Origin: Flavobacteriales bacterium
GTDB lineage: Bacteria; Bacteroidota; Bacteroidia; Flavobacteriales_F; PHOS-HE28
Assembly (NCBI GenBank): GCA_031410075.1
Contig: JANNYL010000212.1
Span: forward strand, 1-39,118
Reading direction: 5' to 3'
DNA: 39,118 bases
The position numbers were made by a program, and so were the translations under genes. Below are positions 1 through 9,487 of the stretch, piece after piece; within the stretch, counting starts at the first letter, position 1, and every line of letters starts with the position of its first letter. The notes under the pieces were generated by a model that saw only the letters and a list, made by a program, of their open reading frames with translations, was not told where the DNA came from and searched no databases.

Positions 1-22
1 ACGGTTTTTGCGCTGGCGGCTT

Positions 23-186
23 AGAGCCCGTTTGGGGTCTCTTCAAACTCGTCCCTCGGTCCTTTTTCCGCCCATGCTTTGCCTGAAAAATAATCTCGTA
101 GGCACCGCTACGCGATGATTTTCCGGCTGTGCCTGATCGAAAAATGGCCTCGAGGTCCTTCGTTCAAGAGATCCCAAACAGGCTCT
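23..186. ncRNA. Candidate structured RNA or inverted-repeat element with a rod-like fold and central internal loop (6S-like architecture); strand undetermined
   Basis: Imperfect inverted repeat 23-48 vs 162-186 gives 22 Watson-Crick pairs plus 1 G-T by hand pairing. Inner helices 54-58/151-155 and 61-68/139-147 extend it. An unpaired internal loop (~69-80 / ~128-138) follows, then a terminal helix 85-124 capped by hairpin 97-112. There is no credible ORF in 1-266. Confidence 0.25.
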
Positions 187-236
187 TAGAGAGGGAAAAG
201 GAACGCTGTTCGCACGGGTCAGTGAGGATGGTTTCT

Positions 237-265
237 GATCCCAGCCCATCTGCCCCATCTGCGTG
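237..265. repeat. Short CAGATG/CATCTGC-type heptamer repeat cluster directly downstream of the permease stop codon
   Basis: gatcccagcccatctgccccatctgcgtg (reverse complement cacgcagatggggcagatggg). The same word family occurs at 24890-24927 and 27161-27255. Confidence 0.5.
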
Positions 266-266
266 T

Positions 267-1484
267 TCAGCGTCCCATCAGATACCGCTGCCCCAATCCG
301 CGTAGTGATGTCCAAGTGGCCAGCACGCCAATAGCGATCACCGCGCAGAAGATCATCGCGATATCGCTGCCCAACACCTTTATCGGATAGCTCTCCACTA
401 CGGAGTTTTCCAACCCCACGAGGCCGGTCCATTTCTGAAGGCCGCAGACCAGCAAGCCGAGGACCAAGCCCGCGAAAGTCCCTACTGCCACGATCAGCAT
501 GCCTTCGGCGAAGAATACACGTCGCACGAACGTGTATGTGGCACCCATGCCGGTCATGGTGCGCATGTCGCGTTGCTTCTCGATCATCATCAACGTGAGC
601 GAGGCGATGATGTTGAAGGCGCCGATCAAACCGATGAAGGCGAGCACCGCGAACGTGAACCATTTCTCGGTGGCGTTGGTGCGGTACATCAATGCGTTCT
701 TTTCATAGCGTGACTTCACGTTGAATCGTGATCCGGCGATCGCGATCACATCGGAAGCAAGATCCTCCAAGCGCGTGTTCGGCGTGGCTTTGATCTCCAA
801 GGCGTTCACAGCACCGTTGTAGTGCAGCAGGGTGTCCATGAGTTCGATCGGTGCGATGACGAACTGCTGATCAAATTCCATATTGATGGTGAAGGCTCCT
901 GCCACGGCCACCCGCTCTTGCTCAAAGGCCTTTTCCTTGTCGCGCATCATTTTTCGCCCACGCACCGGCGCGCTGATCAGCAATGGTCGCAGTACCCCAT
1001 CATCGTGTTGCACCCGCAACTGATCCTTGAGCGCGGCGCCCAGGATCACCAGTGGGCCGTTCTCGCTGCTCAGAATTGGATCGCCGTCATACATGTTCTG
1101 CGCCATCGCGCTCATCGCCAGGTATTGCGGTTCCACACCCTTCACGGTCGCTACGGCTTGTTGGTCGCCGCTTTGGAGTAGAACGTTTTCTTCGATGACC
1201 CAGCTCGCTGCCTGCACACCAGGCAACGCCAAAATCTTCGCGAGATCAAGGCTGTCGCGTGCGAACGTTTTTCCTTCTGCTGGTGTGATGGTCACATCCT
1301 GATCGAACGGACTGTACAGCTTGTCCACCAGTTCCGTAATGCCGTTCAACGTGCTGAGGACCACTACCATTGCCGCGGTAACCACCGCCACCACCACAAT
1401 GCTGATGCCTGTGATGATATTCACCGCGTTCGCGGAGCGCTTGGCCAGCAAGTAGCGGCGGGCGAAGAGGAAGGGGAGGTTCAT
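267..1484 (-). CDS. ABC transporter permease, LolC/LolE / FtsX family
   Basis: 405-aa ORF. The N-terminus MNLPFLFARRYLLAKRS is typical of LolC/E. It has an N-terminal TM, a large periplasmic domain and a C-terminal 3-TM FtsX-like block. Confidence 0.9.
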   Translation of the reverse strand: MNLPFLFARRYLLAKRSANAVNIITGISIVVVAVVTAAMVVVLSTLNGITELVDKLYSPFDQDVTITPAEGKTFARDSLDLAKILALPGVQAASWVIEENVLLQSGDQQAVATVKGVEPQYLAMSAMAQNMYDGDPILSSENGPLVILGAALKDQLRVQHDDGVLRPLLISAPVRGRKMMRDKEKAFEQERVAVAGAFTINMEFDQQFVIAPIELMDTLLHYNGAVNALEIKATPNTRLEDLASDVIAIAGSRFNVKSRYEKNALMYRTNATEKWFTFAVLAFIGLIGAFNIIASLTLMMIEKQRDMRTMTGMGATYTFVRRVFFAEGMLIVAVGTFAGLVLGLLVCGLQKWTGLVGLENSVVESYPIKVLGSDIAMIFCAVIAIGVLATWTSLRGLGQRYLMGR

Positions 1485-1526
1485 GGCGTCATGTGTTCAT
1501 ATGAACATGTGCCCATGAGCATCGGA

Positions 1527-2336
1527 TCACTTCCATGCCCGCGCAATAACGCCTGTGCCGGTGGCGTGCGTGGTATTGGTATCCAACCAGTTCAAGATGA
1601 AGGCGAACGGATAGGTGAGCAGGTAGTAGAACGGCAGTATGACAAAGAAGAGCTTGCTCGTGTTCAGCATGAGCAATGGCCACTTCATGCTCAAGCGCCA
1701 GCTGATCTTGCCTGGCGTACCATAGCTGTAACGCGCCTCCACTTTGCTGAACCCATTGCGCAAGCATTTCGCTTTCAGGTCCTCGATGTTGTAGCCGTCG
1801 CGCACATGTTCCTCAATGAAGGAGCCTTCTTCTTCGCCATGCACATCGCTGCCACCCTGATCGCTCGGCGTGCTGATGATGAGCATACCGCCCTGCTTCA
1901 AGGATGTTGAATAGCAGCGCAGCGCCGCCTCATCTTCCAGGATGTGCTCCATCACGTCCACGCACACCACCAGGTCGAACGCATTCGGGTTGGTGTACTT
2001 CGTCACGTCGCCCACTTCGAACTTCACGTGCGGCCTGCCGATCTTCTGGAAGAACGCGTTGCAATCCGCGACCTGTTCGTCCTTCACATCCAGTGCGGTG
2101 ATGCGCCAGTCGCGGTTGAAGCCACTGAGCCAATAGCTGTATTGCCCGTAGCCCGCGCCGGCATCGTAGATGTGCACTCCGCCATTGTTCCGCTGGGCGA
2201 TCCATTTGCGCAACTCCTTGTGCACATGCCAAGCACGCAACAAAAGCAGGTCCAAAAGCTTGTAGAAAACCTTGCGCAGGAACGGTGTGTTGTTGAACAC
2301 AGCGCCAAGCTGGCGTTTGACCGGATCGTATTGCAT
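1527..2336 (-). CDS. Class I SAM-dependent methyltransferase with hydrophobic C-terminal segment
   Basis: 269-aa ORF with motif I IYDAGAGYGQYS, then VVCVDVMEHI and GGMLIISTP. The C-terminal ~50 aa are hydrophobic (FFVILPFYYLLTYPFAFILNWL). Confidence 0.85.
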   Translation of the reverse strand: MQYDPVKRQLGAVFNNTPFLRKVFYKLLDLLLLRAWHVHKELRKWIAQRNNGGVHIYDAGAGYGQYSYWLSGFNRDWRITALDVKDEQVADCNAFFQKIGRPHVKFEVGDVTKYTNPNAFDLVVCVDVMEHILEDEAALRCYSTSLKQGGMLIISTPSDQGGSDVHGEEEGSFIEEHVRDGYNIEDLKAKCLRNGFSKVEARYSYGTPGKISWRLSMKWPLLMLNTSKLFFVILPFYYLLTYPFAFILNWLDTNTTHATGTGVIARAWK

Positions 2337-2410
2337 GCCCCGTTATGGGAATGATGAATATGGAATGCTGAAGAACGCGTGATGAGGAATGACGATCAAC
2401 GAACGAGGGT

Positions 2411-2752
2411 TCATCCCTTCTTCAACAATTTGTCGATCTCTTCCTGCCGATCGAGCGAATCGTCCAGATAGAAGTTGAGTTCCGGTACCACGCGCATCTG
2501 TTTGCCGATGCGATGGCCCAGTTTGCCTCGCAATTGGTGGCTGTGGCCCTTGATGTGTTCCAGCGCCGCTTTTTTGTCCTTCACCGGGAAGAGGCTCAGG
2601 TAGACTTTCGCCAAGCCCAGGTCCGGACTGATGCGTACACCGGTAACGGTGATCAGTCCACCCGGCAACAGTATCCGGCTCTCTTGCTGGATGATCTCCG
2701 CCATCTCCTTCTGGAGAAGGCTGTTCACCTTGTTCTGTCTGAGGGTATCCAT
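2411..2752 (-). CDS. rbfA: Ribosome-binding factor A
   Basis: Internal ATG at 2752 gives 113 aa: MDTLRQNKVNSLLQKEMAEIIQ...ITVTGVRISPDLGLAKVYLS...VPELNFYLDDS, the classic RbfA pattern. The 33-aa upstream extension in the ORF track is judged spurious. Confidence 0.92.
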   Translation of the reverse strand: MDTLRQNKVNSLLQKEMAEIIQQESRILLPGGLITVTGVRISPDLGLAKVYLSLFPVKDKKAALEHIKGHSHQLRGKLGHRIGKQMRVVPELNFYLDDSLDRQEEIDKLLKKG

Positions 2753-2886
2753 TGAAGATCGCGAAGATAGAGGGCGCCGAAGGACCTGCAGGTCAGGAGA
2801 TGTAGGGCCTATTACGGACCACAGGGTCGGCAGCTGCCGGAAGGCCCGCAACCCTCAACCACCGGTACATTCGCGCACTTTCTTCC

Positions 2887-4707
2887 ATGCGCCAGTTCTT
2901 CCGCATCCTTCGCTTCGGCAAGCCCTACCGGCGCTATGCCATCATGAACGGTGTGTTCAATCTGCTGGCAACCGTGTTCCACTTGTGCAGCATGTTGTTG
3001 CTGATCCCTTTTCTGCAATTGCTTATGAACCAGGCGGACGCGGTGCATGAGCAGCCTGCGTTCTCCTGGAGCAAAGACTATTTCCAAGGCTCGTTCAAGT
3101 ATGCGCTTACCCACTTGATCGACACAAAAGGCCAGCTGGTGGCACTCGCGATCATATGCAGCGGCGTGGTGTTGCTCTTCCTGCTGAAGAACCTGTTCCG
3201 GTATTTCGCGGTGAACGCCATCTGTGTGTTCCGCAATCGCATCATCCACGAGCTGCGCGGCCGCATCTACGACAAGATGTTGGAGCTACCATTGCGCTAC
3301 CACAGCGGCGAGCGTAAAGGCGATCTGCTCAGTGTGATCACCAACGATATGCAGGTATTGGAATACAGCGTGATGTACAGTATCGAAATGGTATTCCGCG
3401 AACCCATTTCCGTCCTGTTGTTCATTGGAGCCATGGTCGCCATGAGCGCCAAACTCACGCTGATCTCGCTCGTGCTGCTGCCGATCAGCGGACTCATAAT
3501 CGCACGCGTGAGCAAGAGCTTGCGTAAACGGGGTACGCGTGTGCAGGAGAAAAGCGCCGACCTGCTGGCGCGCGTGGAGGAAACGCTTGGTGGTATCCGT
3601 GTAGTGAAAGCGTTCAACGGCGAGAATGATATGCGCCGCCGATTCGAACGTGAGAACGAACTGCTCACCCGCGCGAGCATTTCACTCTTGCGCCGGCAGG
3701 ATATCGCTTCGCCACTGAGCGAGACCATGGGTGCGGCCGTGATGGCCGTAATGGCCTACGTCGGCGGGTCGCTTGCGTTGGGCACATCCCCCGAATTGGC
3801 GGGCACAACGTTCATCGCGTACATCGCGATCTTCGCTCAGTTGCTTACGCCCATCAAAGGCTTCTCCCAAGGATGGAGCGGCATTGTACGTGGTGGTGCG
3901 AGCGCGCAGCGCGTGTTCGATCTGCTAGCCGTGGAGAACACCGTGAAGGAGGCGCCCAACGCGAAGCCGATCGATGATATGCGGAGCGAAGTGCAATTCA
4001 AGAACGTTTCGTTCGGGTACGACGATAAGCTTGTGTTGGATGCCATCGACCTCACCATCGGCAAAGGCAAGAGCGTTGCATTGGTGGGTTCTAGCGGCGG
4101 TGGCAAAAGCACCATGGCCGGATTGCTTCCGCGGTTCTTCGATGTGACTTCCGGCGCAGTGGTGATCGACGGAACGGATATCCGCGAGTTGCGGATCAAC
4201 GACCTGCGTTCGCTTATGGGGATCGTTACGCAGGATAGCATCCTCTTCAATGACACTGTTGCGAACAACATCGCCTTCGGAAAACCGGGCACCAGTGAAA
4301 GTGATGTGAAGCGCGCTGCGGAGATCGCGAATGCGGACGGGTTCATCAGTCAGCTCGAGAGCGGCTACCAGACCAACATCGGTGATGGTGGCAACCGCCT
4401 CAGTGGCGGACAGAAACAACGGATCGCCATCGCGCGCGCTGTGTTGAAGAACCCGGCGATCCTGATCCTGGACGAGGCTACTTCAGCACTGGATACCGAG
4501 AGCGAACGCCTGGTGCAGGATGCGCTCTTCAAGCTGATGAAGGACCGGACATCGCTCGTGATCGCCCATCGCTTGAGCACCATCCAACATTGTGATGAGA
4601 TCTGTGTTCTGCAGGCGGGTCGCATAGTGGAGCGTGGGACGCACGCAACGCTTATGGCTGCCAACGGAGCCTATGCCCGGCTGGTGAACATGCAGGCGTT
4701 CGACTGA
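2887..4707 (+). CDS. ABC transporter ATP-binding/permease fusion (MsbA-like exporter)
   Basis: 606 aa. N-terminal 6-TM domain, Walker A GSSGGGKST, signature LSGGQKQR, Walker B ILILDEATSALD, H-loop AHRLST. Confidence 0.93.
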   Translation: MRQFFRILRFGKPYRRYAIMNGVFNLLATVFHLCSMLLLIPFLQLLMNQADAVHEQPAFSWSKDYFQGSFKYALTHLIDTKGQLVALAIICSGVVLLFLLKNLFRYFAVNAICVFRNRIIHELRGRIYDKMLELPLRYHSGERKGDLLSVITNDMQVLEYSVMYSIEMVFREPISVLLFIGAMVAMSAKLTLISLVLLPISGLIIARVSKSLRKRGTRVQEKSADLLARVEETLGGIRVVKAFNGENDMRRRFERENELLTRASISLLRRQDIASPLSETMGAAVMAVMAYVGGSLALGTSPELAGTTFIAYIAIFAQLLTPIKGFSQGWSGIVRGGASAQRVFDLLAVENTVKEAPNAKPIDDMRSEVQFKNVSFGYDDKLVLDAIDLTIGKGKSVALVGSSGGGKSTMAGLLPRFFDVTSGAVVIDGTDIRELRINDLRSLMGIVTQDSILFNDTVANNIAFGKPGTSESDVKRAAEIANADGFISQLESGYQTNIGDGGNRLSGGQKQRIAIARAVLKNPAILILDEATSALDTESERLVQDALFKLMKDRTSLVIAHRLSTIQHCDEICVLQAGRIVERGTHATLMAANGAYARLVNMQAFD

Positions 4708-4718
4708 TCGCTGTCGCC

Positions 4719-5594
4719 TCAAACCAATCCGATCGACCGGGCAACTTCTGGCTGGCAGAGCAGAAAATTGAAGTGCCCGCTCCGCGTCAGGGTGGCTACA
4801 CGGGGCGGTGGCCACGTCACATCGTCGATGTTGTAGTAGAGGTAGCCGACGTCCTTGATCTGTTCTTCCACGCGCTTCGCCACTTCATCGTTGAGGATCT
4901 CTATCAGCAAACTTGGCTTGTCGCGAAGGAGGATCTCCCGGAAGCCCGCGAGCACTTCGGGTTCGTGTGTCTCCACGTCGATCTTCATCAGGTCTATGCG
5001 TTCCAGGCGATGCTCCGCCGCGATGCCTGCGATGGTGCGTGCTGGGACAGTGGTCGCTTGGAGCAACGGGTCGTTCCGCATGAACTCCTTGTTCAACGAA
5101 ACGGACAAAACGTGTTCTCTGGCCGGCGTATCGTACAACGTCACCTCACCTTCTTGATCGGTAACTGCCGCGCGGATGGCGATAACCCCCTTGCCGTTCA
5201 AACCGATGTTCTCTTCCAATTTGAGGAAGACCCGCTCAACCGGCTCCACTGCGATGATGGTCGCTCCTGGTCGCAAGGCCTGCGCAAGGAGGGCGTACAC
5301 GCCGGTATTCGCTCCAACGTCTAGTATGGTATCCGATCTTTGGCATAAGCGTGTCCAGAGCTCCAAGGAGACTTTCTCCCAACCCTTGATCCCCTGCCAG
5401 AACAACTCGTTCTCGATCATATAGCCATGGTGCCGCATGAGGAACGATCGACCCTTGCCAACACGCACGCGGATCACGCCTTCGAAGTGCAGGTGTTGAT
5501 AGACGCTGGTGGGAAGCGGAAGTAGACGGAGAACGGAGAATACCGACTGCTTGAAGGGAAGAGACCGATAAAGCCGCTTGAGCGTTTTTTTCAT
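4719..5594 (-). CDS. FkbM-family methyltransferase
   Basis: 291 aa with DVGANTGVYALLA...IIAVEP...AAVTDQEGEVTLY, typical of the FkbM family. Last gene of the GT2 / GT-C operon. Confidence 0.85.
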   Translation of the reverse strand: MKKTLKRLYRSLPFKQSVFSVLRLLPLPTSVYQHLHFEGVIRVRVGKGRSFLMRHHGYMIENELFWQGIKGWEKVSLELWTRLCQRSDTILDVGANTGVYALLAQALRPGATIIAVEPVERVFLKLEENIGLNGKGVIAIRAAVTDQEGEVTLYDTPAREHVLSVSLNKEFMRNDPLLQATTVPARTIAGIAAEHRLERIDLMKIDVETHEPEVLAGFREILLRDKPSLLIEILNDEVAKRVEEQIKDVGYLYYNIDDVTWPPPRVATLTRSGHFNFLLCQPEVARSIGLV

Positions 5595-5689
5595 GATCCA
5601 AGTACCGGTCCACTACCAGACGGTCCGCAACATAAGGGTTGCCCCTGATCCAGCTTTTGTTCGAGCCGCACCTTTCACGCCATGCTGGT

Positions 5690-7195
5690 TCAGCGATCGC
5701 GCTCGTAAGCTGTGTATCTGCCGGCACGGAAAGAGGGGTGGAAACCGGTGAACACTTCTTTTTCCAACCTCACGAATGCGGTGCTGTCGGCACTGAGCAG
5801 GAAACGCAATTGGCCATTGCGCGCTGGATCGAAAAGAATACGGTGGTCCAATACAAGGTTGCTCCGGCTCTGCCGTATGATGTCCTTCATCTTCATCCAA
5901 GCCCGTGTACCGAGGGCCTGGTCGATGAAGGAGTGCTCACCTACCACAAAGACCGCATCGGTGGCTTGAAGGCCATGAGCGCGCAGTTCATCGATCGCAG
6001 CGAGGTCGTCGTTGTAATTCGCGATCTGATCCGGTGGATAACCCGAGAACACGAACACCTTGGTGAACCAGGTGGCGCGCAACAACACAATAGCGCAGAG
6101 CGCCAAAGCCAAGCCATGCCGCAACAGTGGAAGAGTACCTGCCGACCGGCTGATGAACAGTACACAAATGATCGCGCATGCAAGCCAGTGCTCCATGAAA
6201 TAGTTCATGTTGCTACCCACTTTGGCGGCTGTAACGAAAGCCCATACGTACATGACGATGGCAGCGAGGAACAGGAAAACAGACTGCGTTGAGAACAGTT
6301 TTCGGTATCGCCATCCAATGAACAACGCTGCGGGTGTTATCCAAAGCCCCATGCCGATATATGGTTCTCGTGGGTCGAACGCGAACCATGGCCAGCCGAA
6401 CCCGTTCACATTACCGAGTACGAGATTGGAATACACGTTTTGCCAACCGTCGAGCAGGCAGAGCGCCGATAGGAACAGAACATTGAACAGTAGAACACCC
6501 GATGCATATCGGAAGATGGTCTGCCGATCAGAAGTAAGCAAGAAGCCAATACCAACAGCCAATACCGGGCCCACGCCGCTTTGTTTGCAGAAAAGCACCA
6601 GCGCGGACCATAAGCCCAAGCGCATGGCGCTCGCCCAGCCCAACTTCCCTTGCCCCAACGAACGCAGCACGGCGCTCAGGAATACTGCGCAGCACAACTG
6701 GTAAACACTGTCCGGTCGGGAGAAGAAAGGCTCGTGCATCCACGTGAACATCAAGCCCATGAGCAACAGCCGCAGCCACAGTTCGAGGCGCAAGTGCACA
6801 CCAAGTCGCCAAAGGACCCACAGCATTATCAAATTCGCCAGAAGAGAAACGACCCGGTTCACCATGTAAATGCTGTTCGGCCGATCGTGTTCCAAGCCCA
6901 GCATTTCGGCACACGCCCACGTGATGTAATAATGGATCGGCGAGTATTGGATAATGTCGAATGGCGGCTTCTCAGGATCGCCGTACAACGGATATCCATC
7001 CATGAGGCGGATCACGCCATCCACAACATTCTGCTCGGAGAAGCCGATGTTGTGCACATGCCGTGGTATGATGTAGGCCCTCGAAAAGACAGCGGCTGCT
7101 ATGGCGAAACCCAAGAGCCAGGGCATTGCACGGTAGGCTGAACGAACCAAGCGCTCGGACATGGTCTCCTGTTCGACGTTTTCAGGAATGCTCAT
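5690..7195 (-). CDS. Polytopic membrane protein, GT-C-fold (ArnT/PMT-like) glycosyltransferase candidate
   Basis: ~501 aa with more than 10 predicted TM helices and a soluble C-terminal ~100 aa. It sits directly downstream of, and overlaps, the GT2 gene. Start is uncertain: ATG 7195 preferred, with alternatives at 7162 and 7240. Confidence 0.6.
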   Translation of the reverse strand: MSIPENVEQETMSERLVRSAYRAMPWLLGFAIAAAVFSRAYIIPRHVHNIGFSEQNVVDGVIRLMDGYPLYGDPEKPPFDIIQYSPIHYYITWACAEMLGLEHDRPNSIYMVNRVVSLLANLIMLWVLWRLGVHLRLELWLRLLLMGLMFTWMHEPFFSRPDSVYQLCCAVFLSAVLRSLGQGKLGWASAMRLGLWSALVLFCKQSGVGPVLAVGIGFLLTSDRQTIFRYASGVLLFNVLFLSALCLLDGWQNVYSNLVLGNVNGFGWPWFAFDPREPYIGMGLWITPAALFIGWRYRKLFSTQSVFLFLAAIVMYVWAFVTAAKVGSNMNYFMEHWLACAIICVLFISRSAGTLPLLRHGLALALCAIVLLRATWFTKVFVFSGYPPDQIANYNDDLAAIDELRAHGLQATDAVFVVGEHSFIDQALGTRAWMKMKDIIRQSRSNLVLDHRILFDPARNGQLRFLLSADSTAFVRLEKEVFTGFHPSFRAGRYTAYERDR

Positions 7196-8117
7196 CCGAT
7201 GAGGGTCGTTCGGCCACAGAAGCGGCTCTTCTGGATCCAACTCTGCGAACTCCCGTTTGCGACAATAGCAAGCCCATGGCGAAGAAGCCCAAGCAAAGCA
7301 AGGTGCAATTCAATAGCGATGCGATCAACGTGCTTGCCCACCCCGGTATCGCGTTGTTGGTGAACAACTTCTCGTACAGGATGTAGGCGATGCTACCCGA
7401 GGATAGAACAGCAAGGCCGAAAAATCCCTTGAGCAGAAGCGCCAGCACTTCATCGCCGTATTCGATCAAGGATTTGAACGCATGTATGGACAAGCTCTTG
7501 AACCCCATTTTGGAACGACCATCCATACGCGCTCGTCGGTCGCTGACGAGTGTGGTCGTTGTGGCTTTCTGTTTCGACAAGAAGGCTGCGTAGTGCGTGA
7601 AACCCTTGTCCAAAACCGCTTGGAGGATCCTGCGATCGATCACCGAGTAGTTCCCGAAACTCATGGACCGGCTGGTTACCAAGCGGAACAATTTGCGATA
7701 GATGAAGTATCCGAGTTTGAACAACCACGCCTCCTGGCGCTTGCCACGTGCGATGAGAACTATTGACGCCTCTTTCGCAAGGGCTGCAGGTATGGCTTGC
7801 GGATCATCCTCACCGTCGGAATCCATGACCACGAATCGATCGTATTCGCCTTCTGAAGCTGCGAGCAATCCTTGGTAGATCGCTTGCTGATGACCCATGT
7901 TGTATGGCAGGGCGAGCACCTCCACCCGTACGTTCGGTGTGCGACTCGTGTAGTTCGTGATCACCCCAGCGGTTCCGTCCGTGGATCCATCGTCCACAAT
8001 GAGAATTGTACAGGGTGTGCCGAGCGAGCCAAGCACCTGTTCCAATTCGGCTACGAACCGCTGCCCGATAGCGGCCTCATTGAAGCACGGTGCAACAATG
8101 CAGGTCTTCAATGGCAT
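7182..8117 (-). CDS. Family 2 glycosyltransferase, polyprenyl-phosphate sugar synthase type (GtrB/ArnC/DPM1-like)
   Basis: CIVAPCFNEA...ILIVDDGSTDGT...MDSDGEDDP, plus two C-terminal TM helices. ATG at 8117 is preferred over the GTG at 8156. Confidence 0.88.
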   Translation of the reverse strand: MPLKTCIVAPCFNEAAIGQRFVAELEQVLGSLGTPCTILIVDDGSTDGTAGVITNYTSRTPNVRVEVLALPYNMGHQQAIYQGLLAASEGEYDRFVVMDSDGEDDPQAIPAALAKEASIVLIARGKRQEAWLFKLGYFIYRKLFRLVTSRSMSFGNYSVIDRRILQAVLDKGFTHYAAFLSKQKATTTTLVSDRRARMDGRSKMGFKSLSIHAFKSLIEYGDEVLALLLKGFFGLAVLSSGSIAYILYEKLFTNNAIPGWASTLIASLLNCTLLCLGFFAMGLLLSQTGVRRVGSRRAASVAERPSSDEHS

Positions 8118-8239
8118 CTTAATGGCGGCAGGTTTACTCGGATCCAAGGGGCGCACAAGTTAGAACGGAGGACTCATCCAATATGTCCATTGGGTGTGGA
8201 CCGGACGTACCCTAAAGGCACTGTAAGAAAGCCTTCGTG

Positions 8240-9487
8240 TTATTGCTGATCGCTGGTGCCGCCTTCCTCCTCTTCCATCCAACCCTGGTAGAGCAAGTCC
8301 TTTTCGTACGGATACCGCGTAAGGTGTATCGACTTCACCCGCTCGTACATGAGCTTGCGCAGGGCATCCACATTGTCTTTTCGAACCGCACTGATGAACA
8401 TGCAGTCCTGGTCGTTCATGCGTGACATCCATGTTTCCTGCATCTCCGCGAGCGTGAACTGGTCAGGCCGTTTGGGCGCGAGATCGTGCGGGTCATGTGC
8501 AGCGGGTTTGTACGCATCGATCTTGTTGAAGACCACGATCACCGGTTTGCCGCCAGCACCTATCTCAGCCAACGTGCTTTTTACCGTGTTGTACTGCTCT
8601 TCGAAGTTGTGGTGACTGATGTCCACAATATGCAGCAGCAGATCCGCTTCGCGCGTTTCATCCAACGTGCTCTTGAAACTCTCGATCAATTGCGTGGGCA
8701 GTTTGCGGATGAAGCCCACGGTGTCGCTCAGAAGGAACGGCAAATTGCCCAGTACCACTTTGCGCACGGTGGTATCCAGCGTGGCGAAAAGCTTGTTCTC
8801 CGCGAACACATCGCTCTTGCTCAACACGTTCATCAGGGTGCTCTTGCCCACATTGGTATAGCCCACCAAGGCTACGCGTACCATCTTGCCGCGGTTGCCG
8901 CGTTGGGTCGCCATCTGCCGGTCGATGTCCTTGAGCTGGCCCTTCAGCAAAGCGATACGATCACGTACCAAGCGCCGATCGGTCTCGATCTCTTTTTCAC
9001 CTGCACCCCCCCGTGTACCGGTACCACCGCGCTGTCGCTCCAAGTGGGTCCACAACTTGGTGAGGCGCGGCAGCATGTACTGGTATTGAGCCAATTCCAC
9101 CTGCGTTTTGGCATGACTGGTCCGTGCGCGTCGGGCGAAGATGTCCAGTATCAAACGCGGCCGATCCAGGACCGGCCGGCCGAGTTCCTTCTCCACGTTG
9201 CGCTGCTGGGCGGGTGAAAGCTCATCGTCGAAGATCACCATATCACCGTCATTCGCCTCCATCCACGCCTTTATCTCGTTCAATTTGCCACTGCCCACAT
9301 AGCTATGGCCGTCGGGTCGGTGAAGCCTTTGCGTGAACCGCTTCACTGCGCGTATGTCCGCCGTGCTCGCCAGGAATTCGAGCTCATCGAGGTATTCCTG
9401 CACTTGCTCGGCATTCTGCTCATCGTGGATCACGCTGATCAACACAGCGGTTTCTCCCTTCAGGCGAGTTTCCTTCAGATCGATCAT
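8240..9487 (-). CDS. hflX: GTPase HflX
   Basis: 415 aa. HflX N-domain (VGSGKLNEIK, AQQRNVEKELG..VLDR..LILDIFA), G1 GYTNVGKST, G3 DTVGF, G4 NKID. Confidence 0.95.
   Translation of the reverse strand: MIDLKETRLKGETAVLISVIHDEQNAEQVQEYLDELEFLASTADIRAVKRFTQRLHRPDGHSYVGSGKLNEIKAWMEANDGDMVIFDDELSPAQQRNVEKELGRPVLDRPRLILDIFARRARTSHAKTQVELAQYQYMLPRLTKLWTHLERQRGGTGTRGGAGEKEIETDRRLVRDRIALLKGQLKDIDRQMATQRGNRGKMVRVALVGYTNVGKSTLMNVLSKSDVFAENKLFATLDTTVRKVVLGNLPFLLSDTVGFIRKLPTQLIESFKSTLDETREADLLLHIVDISHHNFEEQYNTVKSTLAEIGAGGKPVIVVFNKIDAYKPAAHDPHDLAPKRPDQFTLAEMQETWMSRMNDQDCMFISAVRKDNVDALRKLMYERVKSIHLTRYPYEKDLLYQGWMEEEEGGTSDQQ

Noticed and set aside
43-663. 206-aa minus-strand ORF overlapping the 3' part of the permease gene and the upstream non-coding region
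   Set aside because: It has a low-complexity Arg/His-rich translation, overlaps a well-supported gene in another frame, and shows no recognisable motifs. It is a typical GC-rich spurious ORF.
1495-1506. Perfect 12-bp palindromes in spacers (GTTCATATGAAC at 1495-1506; CGGCAGCTGCCG at 2828-2839)
   Set aside because: Roughly ten 12-bp palindromes are expected by chance in 39 kb. They are single occurrences with no shared motif or fixed geometry, unlike the TGAC-N4-GTCA set.
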